Notes: generated by a model from the sequence alone, not told the origin. DNA of 64,000 nt from an uncultured Candidatus Binatia bacterium (GCA_965218425.1 OZ244621.1:576001-640000), one strand, 5' to 3'; shown: positions 49,229 through 60,132, numbered from the stretch's first letter. Made by a program: numbers and translations.

Positions 49229-50308
49229 TTATCGGGACGGGAGCGGCCCCGCTCCTGCTAACTTTTTGTATAACCCCAGCATTTCCGAACTTCTGGGAAT
49301 ACTCCTTACCGCCTCTGCTTGCTCTTGCGGCAATAAGGGATGGTATTCCTCCCCGGTCAGTTGGACCCAAGCCTTTTGCGTTGCGGGATCCTGAAACACC
49401 TTGCGAAAGGCCTGTTTAAGGATCTCTATGCGTTCCTTCGGCACTCCCGGAGGAGCGATATAAGGAGACCCCACCAGCCTGAAGTTGGTCTGCATCTTCA
49501 ATATCAACCTCTCCTGTTTCGTCCTGGTAAAGCTCCTCAGTGTCGGGGGCTTCACAAAAGCCGGATGAGGACTCAAACGAAATCCTTCCGGGATCTCCAT
49601 GACCGAATGAAGGTTCGCCTTCTTTTTCAGAACCCAATCCGGGCTCCGGCGCATCATACTGGCGGGGTTGTTTACGCGGCCGTCCACCTCACCCCGGGTT
49701 ACGGCAAGATCCAACTCCGGCCCGGAGTACCCGGAAACGAATGTAACGTCCTTCAAACCTATAATCCATGAAAAAAGCCGCGCTAAAGTATAGATCTCAT
49801 GGCCCACGGACAAGGTCCCGATCTTTACGGAACCTGACCGTAGCTTCTCTATGGTATCAAAGCCCGCAACGCTCCGGGTGACAAAGACGTAGGTGGTGTT
49901 GCTATTGCCCGAACCGAGAAAGTTAAACTTATCGACGTCATACCTTACCCCGGCCGCCCCCGTTATCCCGTTTGAGACAAAACCTGAGCCGATATTGGCG
50001 AGGGTCAAGCCGTCCCGCCTTGCCTTTAGAAAAAGGTGATTGGCGGCCTTTCTACCGCCGGCACCAGGCATATATTGCGTGACGATGGTGGGATTGCCCG
50101 GTATGTGTTTCGAGAGCCTCGTCATGGCAGCCCGCGTCCGAATGTCTCCCAAGCCACCCGGACGACGCCCTTGAATGATCAAAAGGGTTTTGCCTTTATA
50201 AAAGGAACTTTGAGAAAAGGCGAAATCATCGGCCCAAAAGACTGTTGTCAACAACATGAATAGAACGACCCAGAACCCAGGCCTGAGCACTATTCGCATA
50301 CAATTCAT
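49229..50308 (-). CDS. TctC/Bug-like substrate-binding protein
   Basis: Signal peptide, FYKGKT, HIPGNPTIV..MPGAGG and APPGVPKER. Confidence 0.85.
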   Translation of the reverse strand: MNCMRIVLRPGFWVVLFMLLTTVFWADDFAFSQSSFYKGKTLLIIQGRRPGGLGDIRTRAAMTRLSKHIPGNPTIVTQYMPGAGGRKAANHLFLKARRDGLTLANIGSGFVSNGITGAAGVRYDVDKFNFLGSGNSNTTYVFVTRSVAGFDTIEKLRSGSVKIGTLSVGHEIYTLARLFSWIIGLKDVTFVSGYSGPELDLAVTRGEVDGRVNNPASMMRRSPDWVLKKKANLHSVMEIPEGFRLSPHPAFVKPPTLRSFTRTKQERLILKMQTNFRLVGSPYIAPPGVPKERIEILKQAFRKVFQDPATQKAWVQLTGEEYHPLLPQEQAEAVRSIPRSSEMLGLYKKLAGAGPLPSR

Positions 50309-50540
50309 ACGTACCTCCTAATAATCGTGTTACTCTATCAATTCAAATTCCCTGAAAGAACACAGACTTCTAACCGAAAGGCGGTCTTAAGTCAATCTGA
50401 ATTGGCCTGTCCGTGAAAAATGTGATGCGAGATGTTTCCTTGACCGTATCGACTGAGGCGCGTGAAGTTTACATATTCCCTGTTTCTGTTATTTTGGGCT
50501 TCGGCGACTTCCTTCCCCTTGATCTTCCTCGGGCGAGCAA

Positions 50541-50588
50541 CCCCCTACGAGAGCCTCAGGGCCGTGGGCCCGTCGAATCGGTCGAACC
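50541..50588. repeat. Degenerate REP-like palindrome
   Basis: CCCCTACGAGAGCCTCAGGGCCGTGGGCCCGTCGAA resembles the widespread CCCTTCGACAnGCTCAGG...GTCGAA repeat, recalled from memory. Confidence 0.4.
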
Positions 50589-50652
50589 ACGCCCCACGGG
50601 ACTCCCGCAGCGACCCACCGGGCCTGCGCTCGTATGAACCTCCAGAGCTTCA

Positions 50653-50890
50653 AGGCTCCTCGTGGAGCGAGCCTCCGGCCGCAGGCAATGCCGGTAAATA
50701 TCCGAAGCTGAACGTTCGATACCCATGGCCTTACGTCTCGCTCCCCAGCGTCGCCTTGCGGTTTTGAAGCGCAAGGGGCCTGGACAGAAGAGAGGGAGAC
50801 GTCCGGTACTGGAGGTTCAAGCCGTATTGGCACGTCGGATAAAATTAAGGGGCCTCGTGGCCGAGGTCCATCGGCTCCCGCTGAGGGGCA
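50653..50890. repeat. Dispersed degenerate intergenic element, copy B (inverted relative to copy A)
   Basis: Reverse complement aligns to 21682-21922. Confidence 0.75.
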
Positions 50891-50979
50891 CGTCCCCAAT
50901 CCCTACCTCGCACGGGTAAATGAGCGTTCTCGCCGAGGAACCGCTGAAGCGAAGGCAAGGCATCTCCTGTAAAGGAAGA

Positions 50980-52707
50980 CTATGGCTGGACTGTATCCGA
51001 TAGACGGGCGTCAACGATTCTTAGCTGTGCCGTAGAGGTTCCGTTCCACTCGTTTTCGCCCAAGCTGTAAACCACATCAATCACGGCGCCCTGTTGACCG
51101 GGAAAGTCATCCTTAGGCCCAAAGATGACGGCATTTATCCACTGGTTTCCTTGTCGTAGACGGAAACGCGCCCCACCGTTGAAATCTCTTCGCTCTGAGA
51201 CCTCCACGCCATGGGTCAGGAAAGTGGGCTCGGGATTGCCAATCCCAAAAGGCTGAAGGAGTTGGAGCTGTCGCGCCATTGGCAGGCCAACTTCATGGAA
51301 CTCCACCTTAGCATCCACCTCAAGATAAGGGATCAGATCTTCCGAGGTGAGGCATGTCCGGGCAACCTCTTCAAACCGCTGGGAAAATAGCGGCAACTTT
51401 TCTTGTTTAATGCTGAGGCCCCCGGCGTATTCGTGACCACCAAATTTTTCCAGGAGATCGGCGCAGCGGCGCAGGCCCTCTACCATGTGAAAACCACGAA
51501 TGCTGCGGGCGGATGCTTTCCCCTCTCCATGGCTAAAGCCAACGACCACGGTGGGTCGGTGATACCTTGCAACAATTCGAGAGGCCACAATCCCCAGCAC
51601 ACCAGGATGCCAACCCTCGGACCCCAAGACGATGGAACAGCGATCTCCCTGGTTTGGATCCGTCTCGACTTTCTCCAAGGCTTCCGCCAGTACGCGAGCC
51701 TCCATTTCCTGCCTCTCCCGATTGTTTCCATCCAGTTCTTGTGCTATTCGATTCGCTTCCTCCTCCGACTCGGTGGTTAGCATCTCAACCACCTTAAGCC
51801 CGGCGTCCATTCGACCCGCCGCATTGATCCTGGGACCAAGCCGGAACCCCACCTGCCCCGCACTCACAGCGCCTGCTGGAATACCGGCCACCTGCCTCAA
51901 CGCAACGATGCCGGGACGAGTAGAGGTCGCAAGCTCTAGCAGTCCTCGGCGAACCAGGACACGGTTGACACCCCTTAATGGAACCATATCCGCAATTGTG
52001 CCCAGGGAGATCACGTCCAGATGGCGGCGAATATCAGGCGCGCCTACGCCGCTAAACCACTGGATGTCGCGTAGCTTCGCTCTGAGTCCTATGATCAAGT
52101 AAAACGCAAGTCCGGCACCGCACAGGCCTTTGTCAGGAAACAGGCAGTCAGCCCGGTGAGGATTCAAAACCGCTACCGCTGGAGGGAGGGCCGACGGAGG
52201 TTCATGGTGGTCAACGATCACCACGTCCAACCCAAGGCCCTGGGCGTATTCCACTTCATGGTAATTTGAGATTCCGCAGTCCACGGAAACGACCAGTGTG
52301 ACCCCCTTTTCTCGCAGCCGCTTCAATCCCTGGGCGTTCATCCCGTAGCCCTCATCGATTCGATGGGGGACATAGAACATGGGACTACCACCGATTTCCC
52401 TTAGGAAAGATACCAATGCCGACGTCCCCGTGGTCCCATCCACATCGTAGTCACCCCAGACACAGATGAGCTCTCTACCCTCAAGGGCGCTAACCAAGCG
52501 TGCAACGGCCCGATCCATATCGGCTATCAAAAAGGGAGACGGGAGATCTGTGCTTAGACTGGAGGCAAGAAAAGGTTTGGCCTCGTCGGCCTCATGGAAT
52601 CCGCGATGGGCCAAAATGCGAGCCAGAAGTGGCGGGACTTTTAACCCATGAGATAAACTGGAGACGACCTTTTCATCGGTATCCAGCAAGATCCAGCGCT
52701 TTTGCAT
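50980..52707 (-). CDS. recJ: ssDNA-specific exonuclease RecJ
   Basis: GDYDVDG, VDCGI, DHH, GPRINAAGR and GGH..AGGL. Confidence 0.97.
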   Translation of the reverse strand: MQKRWILLDTDEKVVSSLSHGLKVPPLLARILAHRGFHEADEAKPFLASSLSTDLPSPFLIADMDRAVARLVSALEGRELICVWGDYDVDGTTGTSALVSFLREIGGSPMFYVPHRIDEGYGMNAQGLKRLREKGVTLVVSVDCGISNYHEVEYAQGLGLDVVIVDHHEPPSALPPAVAVLNPHRADCLFPDKGLCGAGLAFYLIIGLRAKLRDIQWFSGVGAPDIRRHLDVISLGTIADMVPLRGVNRVLVRRGLLELATSTRPGIVALRQVAGIPAGAVSAGQVGFRLGPRINAAGRMDAGLKVVEMLTTESEEEANRIAQELDGNNRERQEMEARVLAEALEKVETDPNQGDRCSIVLGSEGWHPGVLGIVASRIVARYHRPTVVVGFSHGEGKASARSIRGFHMVEGLRRCADLLEKFGGHEYAGGLSIKQEKLPLFSQRFEEVARTCLTSEDLIPYLEVDAKVEFHEVGLPMARQLQLLQPFGIGNPEPTFLTHGVEVSERRDFNGGARFRLRQGNQWINAVIFGPKDDFPGQQGAVIDVVYSLGENEWNGTSTAQLRIVDARLSDTVQP

Positions 52708-52711
52708 AGGC

Positions 52712-53635
52712 TCACCTTCTCTTACTCCGCTCGCTGAGAAGGATCACCGGCGTGGCGATGAAAATTGTGGAATAGACACCGGAAATGAATCCCACCAAAA
52801 GGGCGAAGGCAAAGGGCCGGATGACACCTCCGCCCAACACCAGCAAGGCCGAAAGAACCAACAGTGACGTGCCGGTGGTGATAACCGTGCGACTCAGGGT
52901 CTCATTGATGCTTTTGTTGATAATGCTCTCCATCCCTTCTCGGCGAACCTTGCGCATGTTTTCCCGGATGCGATCGGATATAACCACGGTGTCATTGACG
53001 GAATAGCCCGCGATGGTGAGGAGGGCAGCCACAATGGGAAGATCGAACTCATAGTTGGCTAAGACAAGTGCCCCAATGGTAATCGCCACATCATGGATCA
53101 GGGCCGCAACGGCCCCTAAACCGAAGCCAAGTCCAAAGCGGGTTCCAAAACTAGAGCCAAAGCGGATCCAGACATACACGCCCATCATGACGGTGGCGGC
53201 GATGACCGACCATGTTCCCCTCCGACGCAGGTCCTTACCCACCTTGGGTCCCACAAATTCAACTCTACGGATCTCGAACTGATCGGGGCCAAACTGCTCG
53301 GTAAGGCCTCGGCGGATCTCTCCCCCGACAGTTGCCACCTGGTCTCCCGTCTTCTCCAAACGAATGAGAAACTCGCCTGCCCCACCACCGCCAAAATCCT
53401 GAACCACGCTGTCCCCGAAGCCCAAGCCCTCAAGGGATCGGCGGAGCTTATTGATGGTGAGATTCTCGGAAAATTTAACGTGGACCATGGTCCCGCCCGT
53501 AAAGTCCACGCCAAGGTTCGGGCCTTTCACTGCCAGGAGAAGAAAAACACTGAGAACCAGTACTCCTGACACCATGAAGGCTACGTAGCGATAACTAAGA
53601 AATGGGATTTGGGTTCCTGCTTTGATCAGTTCCAT
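52712..53635 (-). CDS. secF: Protein translocase subunit SecF
   Basis: GVDFTGG, VGPKVG and GYSVNDTVVISDRIREN. Confidence 0.96.
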   Translation of the reverse strand: MELIKAGTQIPFLSYRYVAFMVSGVLVLSVFLLLAVKGPNLGVDFTGGTMVHVKFSENLTINKLRRSLEGLGFGDSVVQDFGGGGAGEFLIRLEKTGDQVATVGGEIRRGLTEQFGPDQFEIRRVEFVGPKVGKDLRRRGTWSVIAATVMMGVYVWIRFGSSFGTRFGLGFGLGAVAALIHDVAITIGALVLANYEFDLPIVAALLTIAGYSVNDTVVISDRIRENMRKVRREGMESIINKSINETLSRTVITTGTSLLVLSALLVLGGGVIRPFAFALLVGFISGVYSTIFIATPVILLSERSKRR

Positions 53636-53643
53636 GATTTTTC

Positions 53644-55245
53644 TCAAACACTCAAGCGGGCGAGACTCCTCCCCGACAGTCGGTAGTCGTAATAGATTCT
53701 GGTGCCGAAAACGGCCGTTATTACAGTGGTAAAAATTCCCACACACAGGGTTACGGCGAAACCCTTCACCGGACCGGTGCCGAATTGAAACAGAATCACG
53801 CCTGCCAGGAAAGTCGTAATATTCGAGTCAAAGATAGCCGGCAGGGCCCGCTCATAACCGGATTCCACTGCCGCCCTGGGTGATTTTCCGGTTCTCACCT
53901 CTTCACGGATTCGCTCGTTGATGAGCACGTTGGCATCCACCGCCATGCCCATGGTCAGAATGATCCCGCCGATCCCGGGCAATGTTAAGACGGCCCCAAA
54001 CCCCGCCAATACGGCCATCATGAAAAGGATGTTTGCCACCAGGGCCACATCAGCAAGGAGTCCGGCGCCTTGATAATAGGCAATCATAAAAAGCAGCAGC
54101 AGGGCTCCGCCAATGATAAATGAGGTTACGCCCTGGCGGATGGAGTCGCGTCCCAAGGAAGGACCCACGGTGCGTTCCTCCACGATTTCAACCGGAGCCG
54201 GCAAAGCCCCGGCCCTGAGCACAATGGAGAGATCGTGAGCTTCCTTGAAATCAAAACTTCCAGTGATGGAGGCCACCCCTCCGGCGATCCTCTCTTGAAT
54301 GACCGGCGCCGAATAGACCCGGCTGTCGAGGATAATGGCCAACTGCCGCCTGACGTTTTCCCCGGTAATTCTTTCAAAGATTCTTGCGCCTTCTGAGTTT
54401 AAAGTGAGTTCCACATAAGGACCTTCCAACTGCCCTCCCGGTCGAACCCTGGCGTCCGCGATATACTCTCCTGTCATCAAGGTTTTCGCCTCCAGAAGGT
54501 AGGGCACCTTCTGCACTCCAAGCCCTCCAACCACCCGCGGAGCGGTGGAATAAAGGATCTCCCTTCCAGGTGGAGGACCGTTGGTGACAGCTTCCTGCGG
54601 GTCGTTGACCTCGTCCACCAATTTAAATTCGAGCAAGGCCGTCTTTCCTATCAACTCCTTGGCCCTTTCCGGGTCCTGAATACCCGGCAGCTGAACGAGT
54701 ATGTCACGTCGCCCCTGGCGTTGGATGGTGGGTTCGCTAACGCCAAACTGGTCGATTCGATTTCGGATGGTCTCCAGTGACTGCTCCACGGCATTATCCC
54801 TGATGGTGCGAAGCTCCCTTTCCTGCAGGCCAAGTAAGATTTCCGCTCCCTCGGCACCGGACTGAGCACTCACCACAACGAGATTGGGGGCCTCGCTCCG
54901 AATGAGCTCCCGCACCCGTTGAGAGCTTTGTGATGGAACCCGAACGAGCACCCTGTTGTCCGAAACAAGAGCTATACTCGTCAGGGGGATCCCCCTTTCC
55001 TTGAGAAGATTGGTGAGATCGTCCCTCAACCGTTCCAGGCTGTTTTTCACCGCCTTCTCCACCTTGACTTCCAAAATAAGGTGGGTCCCACCCTGAAGAT
55101 CCAAGCCCAAATGAAGCCCTTCGGCCGGAAAGATTGCAGTCCACCACCCTGGCAGCTTCTCCACGAATGATGGCATCAGATAAACCAGCGAGGTGCAGAT
55201 GGAAATCAACAGGATGGCTACTCGAATGATTAAACCTTGCGACAT
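53644..55245 (-). CDS. secD: Protein translocase subunit SecD
   Basis: LGLDLQGG, RIDQFGVSEP and MAVDANVLINERIREE. Confidence 0.97.
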   Translation of the reverse strand: MSQGLIIRVAILLISICTSLVYLMPSFVEKLPGWWTAIFPAEGLHLGLDLQGGTHLILEVKVEKAVKNSLERLRDDLTNLLKERGIPLTSIALVSDNRVLVRVPSQSSQRVRELIRSEAPNLVVVSAQSGAEGAEILLGLQERELRTIRDNAVEQSLETIRNRIDQFGVSEPTIQRQGRRDILVQLPGIQDPERAKELIGKTALLEFKLVDEVNDPQEAVTNGPPPGREILYSTAPRVVGGLGVQKVPYLLEAKTLMTGEYIADARVRPGGQLEGPYVELTLNSEGARIFERITGENVRRQLAIILDSRVYSAPVIQERIAGGVASITGSFDFKEAHDLSIVLRAGALPAPVEIVEERTVGPSLGRDSIRQGVTSFIIGGALLLLFMIAYYQGAGLLADVALVANILFMMAVLAGFGAVLTLPGIGGIILTMGMAVDANVLINERIREEVRTGKSPRAAVESGYERALPAIFDSNITTFLAGVILFQFGTGPVKGFAVTLCVGIFTTVITAVFGTRIYYDYRLSGRSLARLSV

Positions 55246-55246
55246 A

Positions 55247-55585
55247 CTACTGCGCCTTGACCTCCTTGCCGGCAGCTTTTTCCACTTTGGTCAATTGGGC
55301 GATTTGCGGTCGGTTGACCCGAATCCTCATATTCGGGGCAACTTCCAGGGTCACCACGTTATCCGCTAAAGAGATGACCTTGCCGAAGATACCTCCGGAG
55401 GTGAGAACTTCATCGTTCTTTTTTAGCTGAGCCAGCATATTTCGATGTTCCTTCGACTTTTTCTGTTGGGGACGCACCAGAAGGAAATAAAAAATGACAA
55501 AAATTAGCACCAACGGAAAAAGACTTATCAGGGTGCTGGGTCCCGAAGGTGCCGGCGTGTCCTGGGCAAAAGCTATACCCCACAT
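55247..55585 (-). CDS. yajC: Preprotein translocase subunit YajC
   Basis: FYFLLVRPQQK...DEVLTSGGIFG. Confidence 0.95.
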   Translation of the reverse strand: MWGIAFAQDTPAPSGPSTLISLFPLVLIFVIFYFLLVRPQQKKSKEHRNMLAQLKKNDEVLTSGGIFGKVISLADNVVTLEVAPNMRIRVNRPQIAQLTKVEKAAGKEVKAQ

Positions 55586-55593
55586 AATCGCTC

Positions 55594-56712
55594 CTATTCC
55601 GACTCTGAGTCCTGCACTACAATTTCTGATTCCGAGGGCCAAAGTTCATTCTTGCCCTCCCGAAGGCCCGTACGAATTTTCTCCATAAGACCATAATAAA
55701 AAGTCAGGTTATGCAGAGAATGGAGGCGGGCCGCAAGCATTTCTCCGGCCATATAGAGGTGCCGAAGGTAAGCGCGAGAGAAATGGCCGCAACAATAGCA
55801 ACCACAGGACTCATCCACCGGGCGACGATCGCGGGAGAACTCCGCGCGTTTAATATTGATTTTTCCTTTCGATGTGAACAGGGTCCCGTTCCTCGCATTT
55901 CTCGTCGGAATAACACAGTCAAACAAGTCATAACCGCAACGGGCGGCGAAGACCAGATCCTGCGGTCTTCCGACTCCCATGAGATAGCGGGGCTGATCCT
56001 CAGGTAAAAGGTTTGCCACAAAATCGGTCATTTCGCAAAATTGACTCTCTTCCTCACCCACGCCCAATCCACCTACGGCGAATCCGTCAAAGGGAAAATC
56101 AACGAGATCTTTCAAGCATTGCTCCCGGAGATCTTTGTACACACCCCCTTGGATAATGGCCAGGACGGCTTGCTTCCTTGAGCCGCGGGATTCGAGGGAA
56201 CGACGGGCCCACCTCACGGTTCGATGGGTTGAAGTACGGGCATAGTCCCGGGTCGCAGGGTAAGGAATACATTCATCTAGAACCATCGAGAGATCGCTGC
56301 CCAATGCCTCCTGGATTTCTATGACCTTCTCAGGGGTAAGGATATGTGTGGAGCCATCCAGATGGGACTGGAACCGCACCCCCCCCTCATTAATCTCCCT
56401 CAATCCCCCTATGCTCAACACCTGAAAACCACCGCTATCGGTCAGAATGGAACCTTCCCACCCCATGAATTTATGGAGCCCTCCTAAATCCCGAATCACA
56501 TCCACCCCCGGGCGAAGATACAAATGGTAGGTATTGGACAGGATCATTCGGTAGCCTATTTCCATCAGATCCCTGGGTGAGATGGCCTTCACGCTCCCCT
56601 GGGTCCCAACGGGCATGAAGGCTGGGGTTTCGATGACCCCATGGGCGGTTTCGAGTCGGCCCAGCCTGGCGCCACTGGCCGGGTCCTTTTTACAAACTGT
56701 AAATTTGAGCAT
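55594..56712 (-). CDS. tgt: tRNA-guanine transglycosylase
   Basis: TPAFMPVGT, NTYHL, DSGGFQ and CGCYCC zinc site. Confidence 0.97.
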   Translation of the reverse strand: MLKFTVCKKDPASGARLGRLETAHGVIETPAFMPVGTQGSVKAISPRDLMEIGYRMILSNTYHLYLRPGVDVIRDLGGLHKFMGWEGSILTDSGGFQVLSIGGLREINEGGVRFQSHLDGSTHILTPEKVIEIQEALGSDLSMVLDECIPYPATRDYARTSTHRTVRWARRSLESRGSRKQAVLAIIQGGVYKDLREQCLKDLVDFPFDGFAVGGLGVGEEESQFCEMTDFVANLLPEDQPRYLMGVGRPQDLVFAARCGYDLFDCVIPTRNARNGTLFTSKGKINIKRAEFSRDRRPVDESCGCYCCGHFSRAYLRHLYMAGEMLAARLHSLHNLTFYYGLMEKIRTGLREGKNELWPSESEIVVQDSESE

Positions 56713-56815
56713 CGTTACTGGTTAGTGCTTATGCGTTCATTGTACATTGATTACTCGCAGGATTACTCAATGCGCTCATCACGAATATACGATTTTACGA
56801 TTACACGATTAACCA

Positions 56816-57853
56816 TTAAAGGATTAACATCGCGTCCCCATAACTGTAAAACCGGTATTTCAACCGAACCGCCTCGTCATAGGCCTGTCGAACCAAATCC
56901 AGTCCGGCAAATGCAGCCACCATTAGAAGCGGGGTGGACCCCGGCAAATGAAAATTGGTGATCAATCCACTGATCACCCGAAAAGTAAAACCAGGCCGAA
57001 TGAATATACGGGTGAGACCATGGTCTTCTTCCAAATGTCCCTTTTTTTGTGCGATTCCCTCCAGAGTACGAGTGGAAGTTGATCCCACGGCAATAACTCG
57101 CCTGCCACTTTTTCTTGCCTTCTCAATCTTTTGGGCGGCTTTTTTCCCTAGAGTATAACGCTCTCCCTCCATTCGATGGGACTCCACCTCCACCGATCGG
57201 ATAGGCTGGAAGGTCCCCGGACCCACATGCAAGGTCAAAAACACCCGCTCCACGCCCATGGACGCCAATTTCTCAAAGAGTTCCGGGGTGAAATGAAGAC
57301 CCGCGGTAGGTGCAGCCACAGATCCCGGGCTCGACGCATACACGGTCTGGTACCTCTCCCAATCCGTTTGCTCCAGCTTTCGAGTACGATGGATGTAAGG
57401 GGGAAGAGGCGGCTCCCCCACCTCGGAAAGGACATCCATAAAGTTTCCCTGGTGACGGAACTGCAGACCAAATCGACCTTGCCCCATAACTCCCACCACG
57501 ATGGCGGTGATCCCACGGGAGAACATCAAGCGACTTCCCAAACGCGGTTTTTTGGCCGAATCAACCATTGCAATCCAAAGACTGCTCTGGCCGGGGAAGG
57601 ATTCCAGGAGCAGGACCTCTACCTTTCCTCCTGTTTCCTTCCGTCCAAGAAGCCTAACCGGAAGGACTTCCGAGTCATTGAGCACCAGGAGATCACCTGG
57701 CGATAGAAAGTCCACCAGGGAGGCGAAATCAGTGTGGGTTATTGTTCCGGCATGCCGTTCCAACACCAGGAGGCGTGACCCCGCACGATCTTCACTTGGG
57801 TAGGGTGCGATCAGGGATTGAGGGAGTTCATAGAGGAACTCTCTTAGCTCCAT
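56816..57853 (-). CDS. queA: SAM:tRNA ribosyltransferase-isomerase
   Basis: PLPPYI, YQTVYA, AAPTAGLHF and FYSYGDAMLI. Confidence 0.97.
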   Translation of the reverse strand: MELREFLYELPQSLIAPYPSEDRAGSRLLVLERHAGTITHTDFASLVDFLSPGDLLVLNDSEVLPVRLLGRKETGGKVEVLLLESFPGQSSLWIAMVDSAKKPRLGSRLMFSRGITAIVVGVMGQGRFGLQFRHQGNFMDVLSEVGEPPLPPYIHRTRKLEQTDWERYQTVYASSPGSVAAPTAGLHFTPELFEKLASMGVERVFLTLHVGPGTFQPIRSVEVESHRMEGERYTLGKKAAQKIEKARKSGRRVIAVGSTSTRTLEGIAQKKGHLEEDHGLTRIFIRPGFTFRVISGLITNFHLPGSTPLLMVAAFAGLDLVRQAYDEAVRLKYRFYSYGDAMLIL

Positions 57854-57904
57854 AATAGACTTGCCGGTCTGATGAGTTTATCGAACAAGAGATTGCCCAA
57901 GTCA

Positions 57905-57928
57905 GTAGAGCGAGGCAATGCCTCGCCC
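57905..57928. repeat. GTAG-type REP-like palindrome
   Basis: GTAG followed by the hairpin GCGAGGCA-A-TGCCTCGC. Confidence 0.5.
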
Positions 57929-57985
57929 AAAAAGGGAATGAGAGTTAAAGGATAACCGTCGAACCTCCGGTCCCCAGCGGATCCC

Positions 57986-58750
57986 CTAGGTTTCCGACTC
58001 TGACTTTTTGATGAATGGGGTCAGCAAGTCAATGGGGACGGGAAATATGGTGGTGGAATTTTTTTCCGATGCCACCTCCACCAGACTCTGTAGGAAACGG
58101 AGCTGCAAGGCCATGGGTTGCTTACTGATTACTTCCGCCGCATCCGCCAGCTTTTGCGAGGCCTGGAATTCGCCGTCGGCGTGAATGACTTTTGCCCTTC
58201 GTTCCCTCTCCGCCTCCGCCTGTTTCGCCATGGCACGCTGCATCTCCTGAGGCAGGTCAATATGTTTCAACTCCACCAGTACGACCTTGATTCCCCAGGG
58301 ATCGGTCTGAAGGTCAAGAATTTCCTGGATTCGCCCGTTAATCCTTTCCCGTTCGGCAAGAAGCTCATCCAGCTCAGCCTGTCCACAGACGCTCCTTAAG
58401 GTGACCTGGGCAAGTTGAGAGGTGGCGAAGAGGAAACTCTCCACCTCTCGGATGGCCCTATTGGGGTCCAACACCCTGAAGTACAAGACCGCATTGACCT
58501 TAACGGATACGTTGTCCCGTGTAATGACATCCTGCGGTGGGACGTCCATGGTTACCGTACGTAGATCCACCCGAAGCATTCGCTCAATGACTGGAATCAC
58601 GTAGATGATCCCTGGACCCCGTGGATTCACCATCCGTCCAAGTCTAAATATTACACCGCGCTCAAATTCCCTTAATATCTTTATTCCGGTCACTAGCAGG
58701 ATACCGAGAATAATCAGAAACGTGTATAAGGGACCAAATCCAAAAAACAT
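57986..58750 (-). CDS. SPFH/slipin (stomatin-like) protein
   Basis: [19 protein letters not shown] and [11 protein letters not shown]. Confidence 0.95.
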   Translation of the reverse strand: MFFGFGPLYTFLIILGILLVTGIKILREFERGVIFRLGRMVNPRGPGIIYVIPVIERMLRVDLRTVTMDVPPQDVITRDNVSVKVNAVLYFRVLDPNRAIREVESFLFATSQLAQVTLRSVCGQAELDELLAERERINGRIQEILDLQTDPWGIKVVLVELKHIDLPQEMQRAMAKQAEAERERRAKVIHADGEFQASQKLADAAEVISKQPMALQLRFLQSLVEVASEKNSTTIFPVPIDLLTPFIKKSESET

Positions 58751-58776
58751 AGCTGCCTCCTATCCCAGATCCTTGG

Positions 58777-60132
58777 CTAACTCTCCGCCCGACTTTTCAC
58801 CTTAAGTATCATCCCATCAAACCCGGCCACTTTGACTTTCTCACCCACGTCGTATTCCCCTCCGTCCCCCTCCGCGTTCCAAAATTCCCCATGAACGAAA
58901 ACTTTCCCATCGGGGTTCAACCTCACCTTGACCTCGGCCAACTCCCCCAACAGGCCCTCCACACCCAAGGTAGGTTTTCTCCGATGCGCCTTCACGACCA
59001 AATACCCGATCACAATCATGAACGCGCTCAAAGTACCAACCGCTGTGAAGACAATTTTCTTGTCCAACACCAAATCAGAGCCCTGGGTGTCAAATAAGAG
59101 AAGGGAACCAAGGGTTAGGGCAATGATCCCCCCAATTCCAAGCACCCCGAAACTTGGCAGAAAGGCCTCCCCCACAAGGAGCGCGAGACCCAATAGGATC
59201 AATGCCAGCCCCGCATAATTGATAGGAATGAGCTGAAACGAGGCGAGGGCCAAAAGGAGGGCTATGCCTCCGGCCACACCGGGGAAAATCACTCCCGGAT
59301 TGGAAAATTCCATATAGAGACCCAGGATGCCGGCCATCAACAGCAAATAGGCGATATTGGGGTCCGAGAGGATGTCGATGATTTTCTGCCTCAGAGCCAT
59401 GTTAAAACTCTGCACTCTCACCCCTTTGAAAGAGACCTTTTGCTTGGTCCCATTGATATCCACCTCACGCCCCTCGGCCTGTTTCAAAAGGTCCCTGATG
59501 TCATTGGCCACGATATCGATCACGTTTTTCTCCAGGGCTTCTTTGTCCGTGATGGAGATGCTGCGCCGCACAGCCTGGATCGCAAACTCCGTGTTTCTCC
59601 CGCGTCTTTCCGCAATGGTCTCGCTGAACGAGGCGGTAAAGTTCTCAATCTTCTCGCCCATCACCCCTTTGATCTCCTGCCCCCCTCCCGCCACGGGATG
59701 GGCAGCACCAATGTTTGTGCCGGGCGCCATGGCGGCGATGTGGGCTGCCAGCGTGATAAAGACTCCCGCCGATCCCGCACCCGCTCCACTGGGTGCCACA
59801 TAGACCAGCACAGGGAGCGGCGCCCCTAAGATCTCCTTAACGATGGATCGTGTGGAGCTGAGCAGCCCCCCCGGGGTATCCAGCTGAATCACCAGGGCCT
59901 TGGCGCCGCTGGCATGGGCCCTGGCAATGTTCTCCTTAATAAAGTCATCCACGGCGGGGTTGATTCCGCCATCCACCACGATCAGGTGCACCTGGGGTGA
60001 AACGGAAACGGGCTCCTTCATCTGAGCCAGGACGGAAAACCCTGCCAGGGCAAGGCCCACGAAAAGCGATCCCCCACTAAACAGCAGGAGAGGCGAGCTC
60101 TTGGAGCACTTTCTTGATATCTTGCCAAACAA
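58777..60132 (-). CDS. nfeD: NfeD membrane-bound serine protease, long form
   Basis: LDTPGG, SAGVFI, MAPGTNIGAAHP and GEFWNA. Paired with slipin; start uncertain because it overlaps udg. Confidence 0.92.
   Translation of the reverse strand: MFGKISRKCSKSSPLLLFSGGSLFVGLALAGFSVLAQMKEPVSVSPQVHLIVVDGGINPAVDDFIKENIARAHASGAKALVIQLDTPGGLLSSTRSIVKEILGAPLPVLVYVAPSGAGAGSAGVFITLAAHIAAMAPGTNIGAAHPVAGGGQEIKGVMGEKIENFTASFSETIAERRGRNTEFAIQAVRRSISITDKEALEKNVIDIVANDIRDLLKQAEGREVDINGTKQKVSFKGVRVQSFNMALRQKIIDILSDPNIAYLLLMAGILGLYMEFSNPGVIFPGVAGGIALLLALASFQLIPINYAGLALILLGLALLVGEAFLPSFGVLGIGGIIALTLGSLLLFDTQGSDLVLDKKIVFTAVGTLSAFMIVIGYLVVKAHRRKPTLGVEGLLGELAEVKVRLNPDGKVFVHGEFWNAEGDGGEYDVGEKVKVAGFDGMILKVKSRAES

Noticed and set aside
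50413..51014. Several short ORFs downstream of recJ
   Set aside because: No recognisable family, mutually overlapping, and not conserved as frames in the homologous copy at 21.7 kb.
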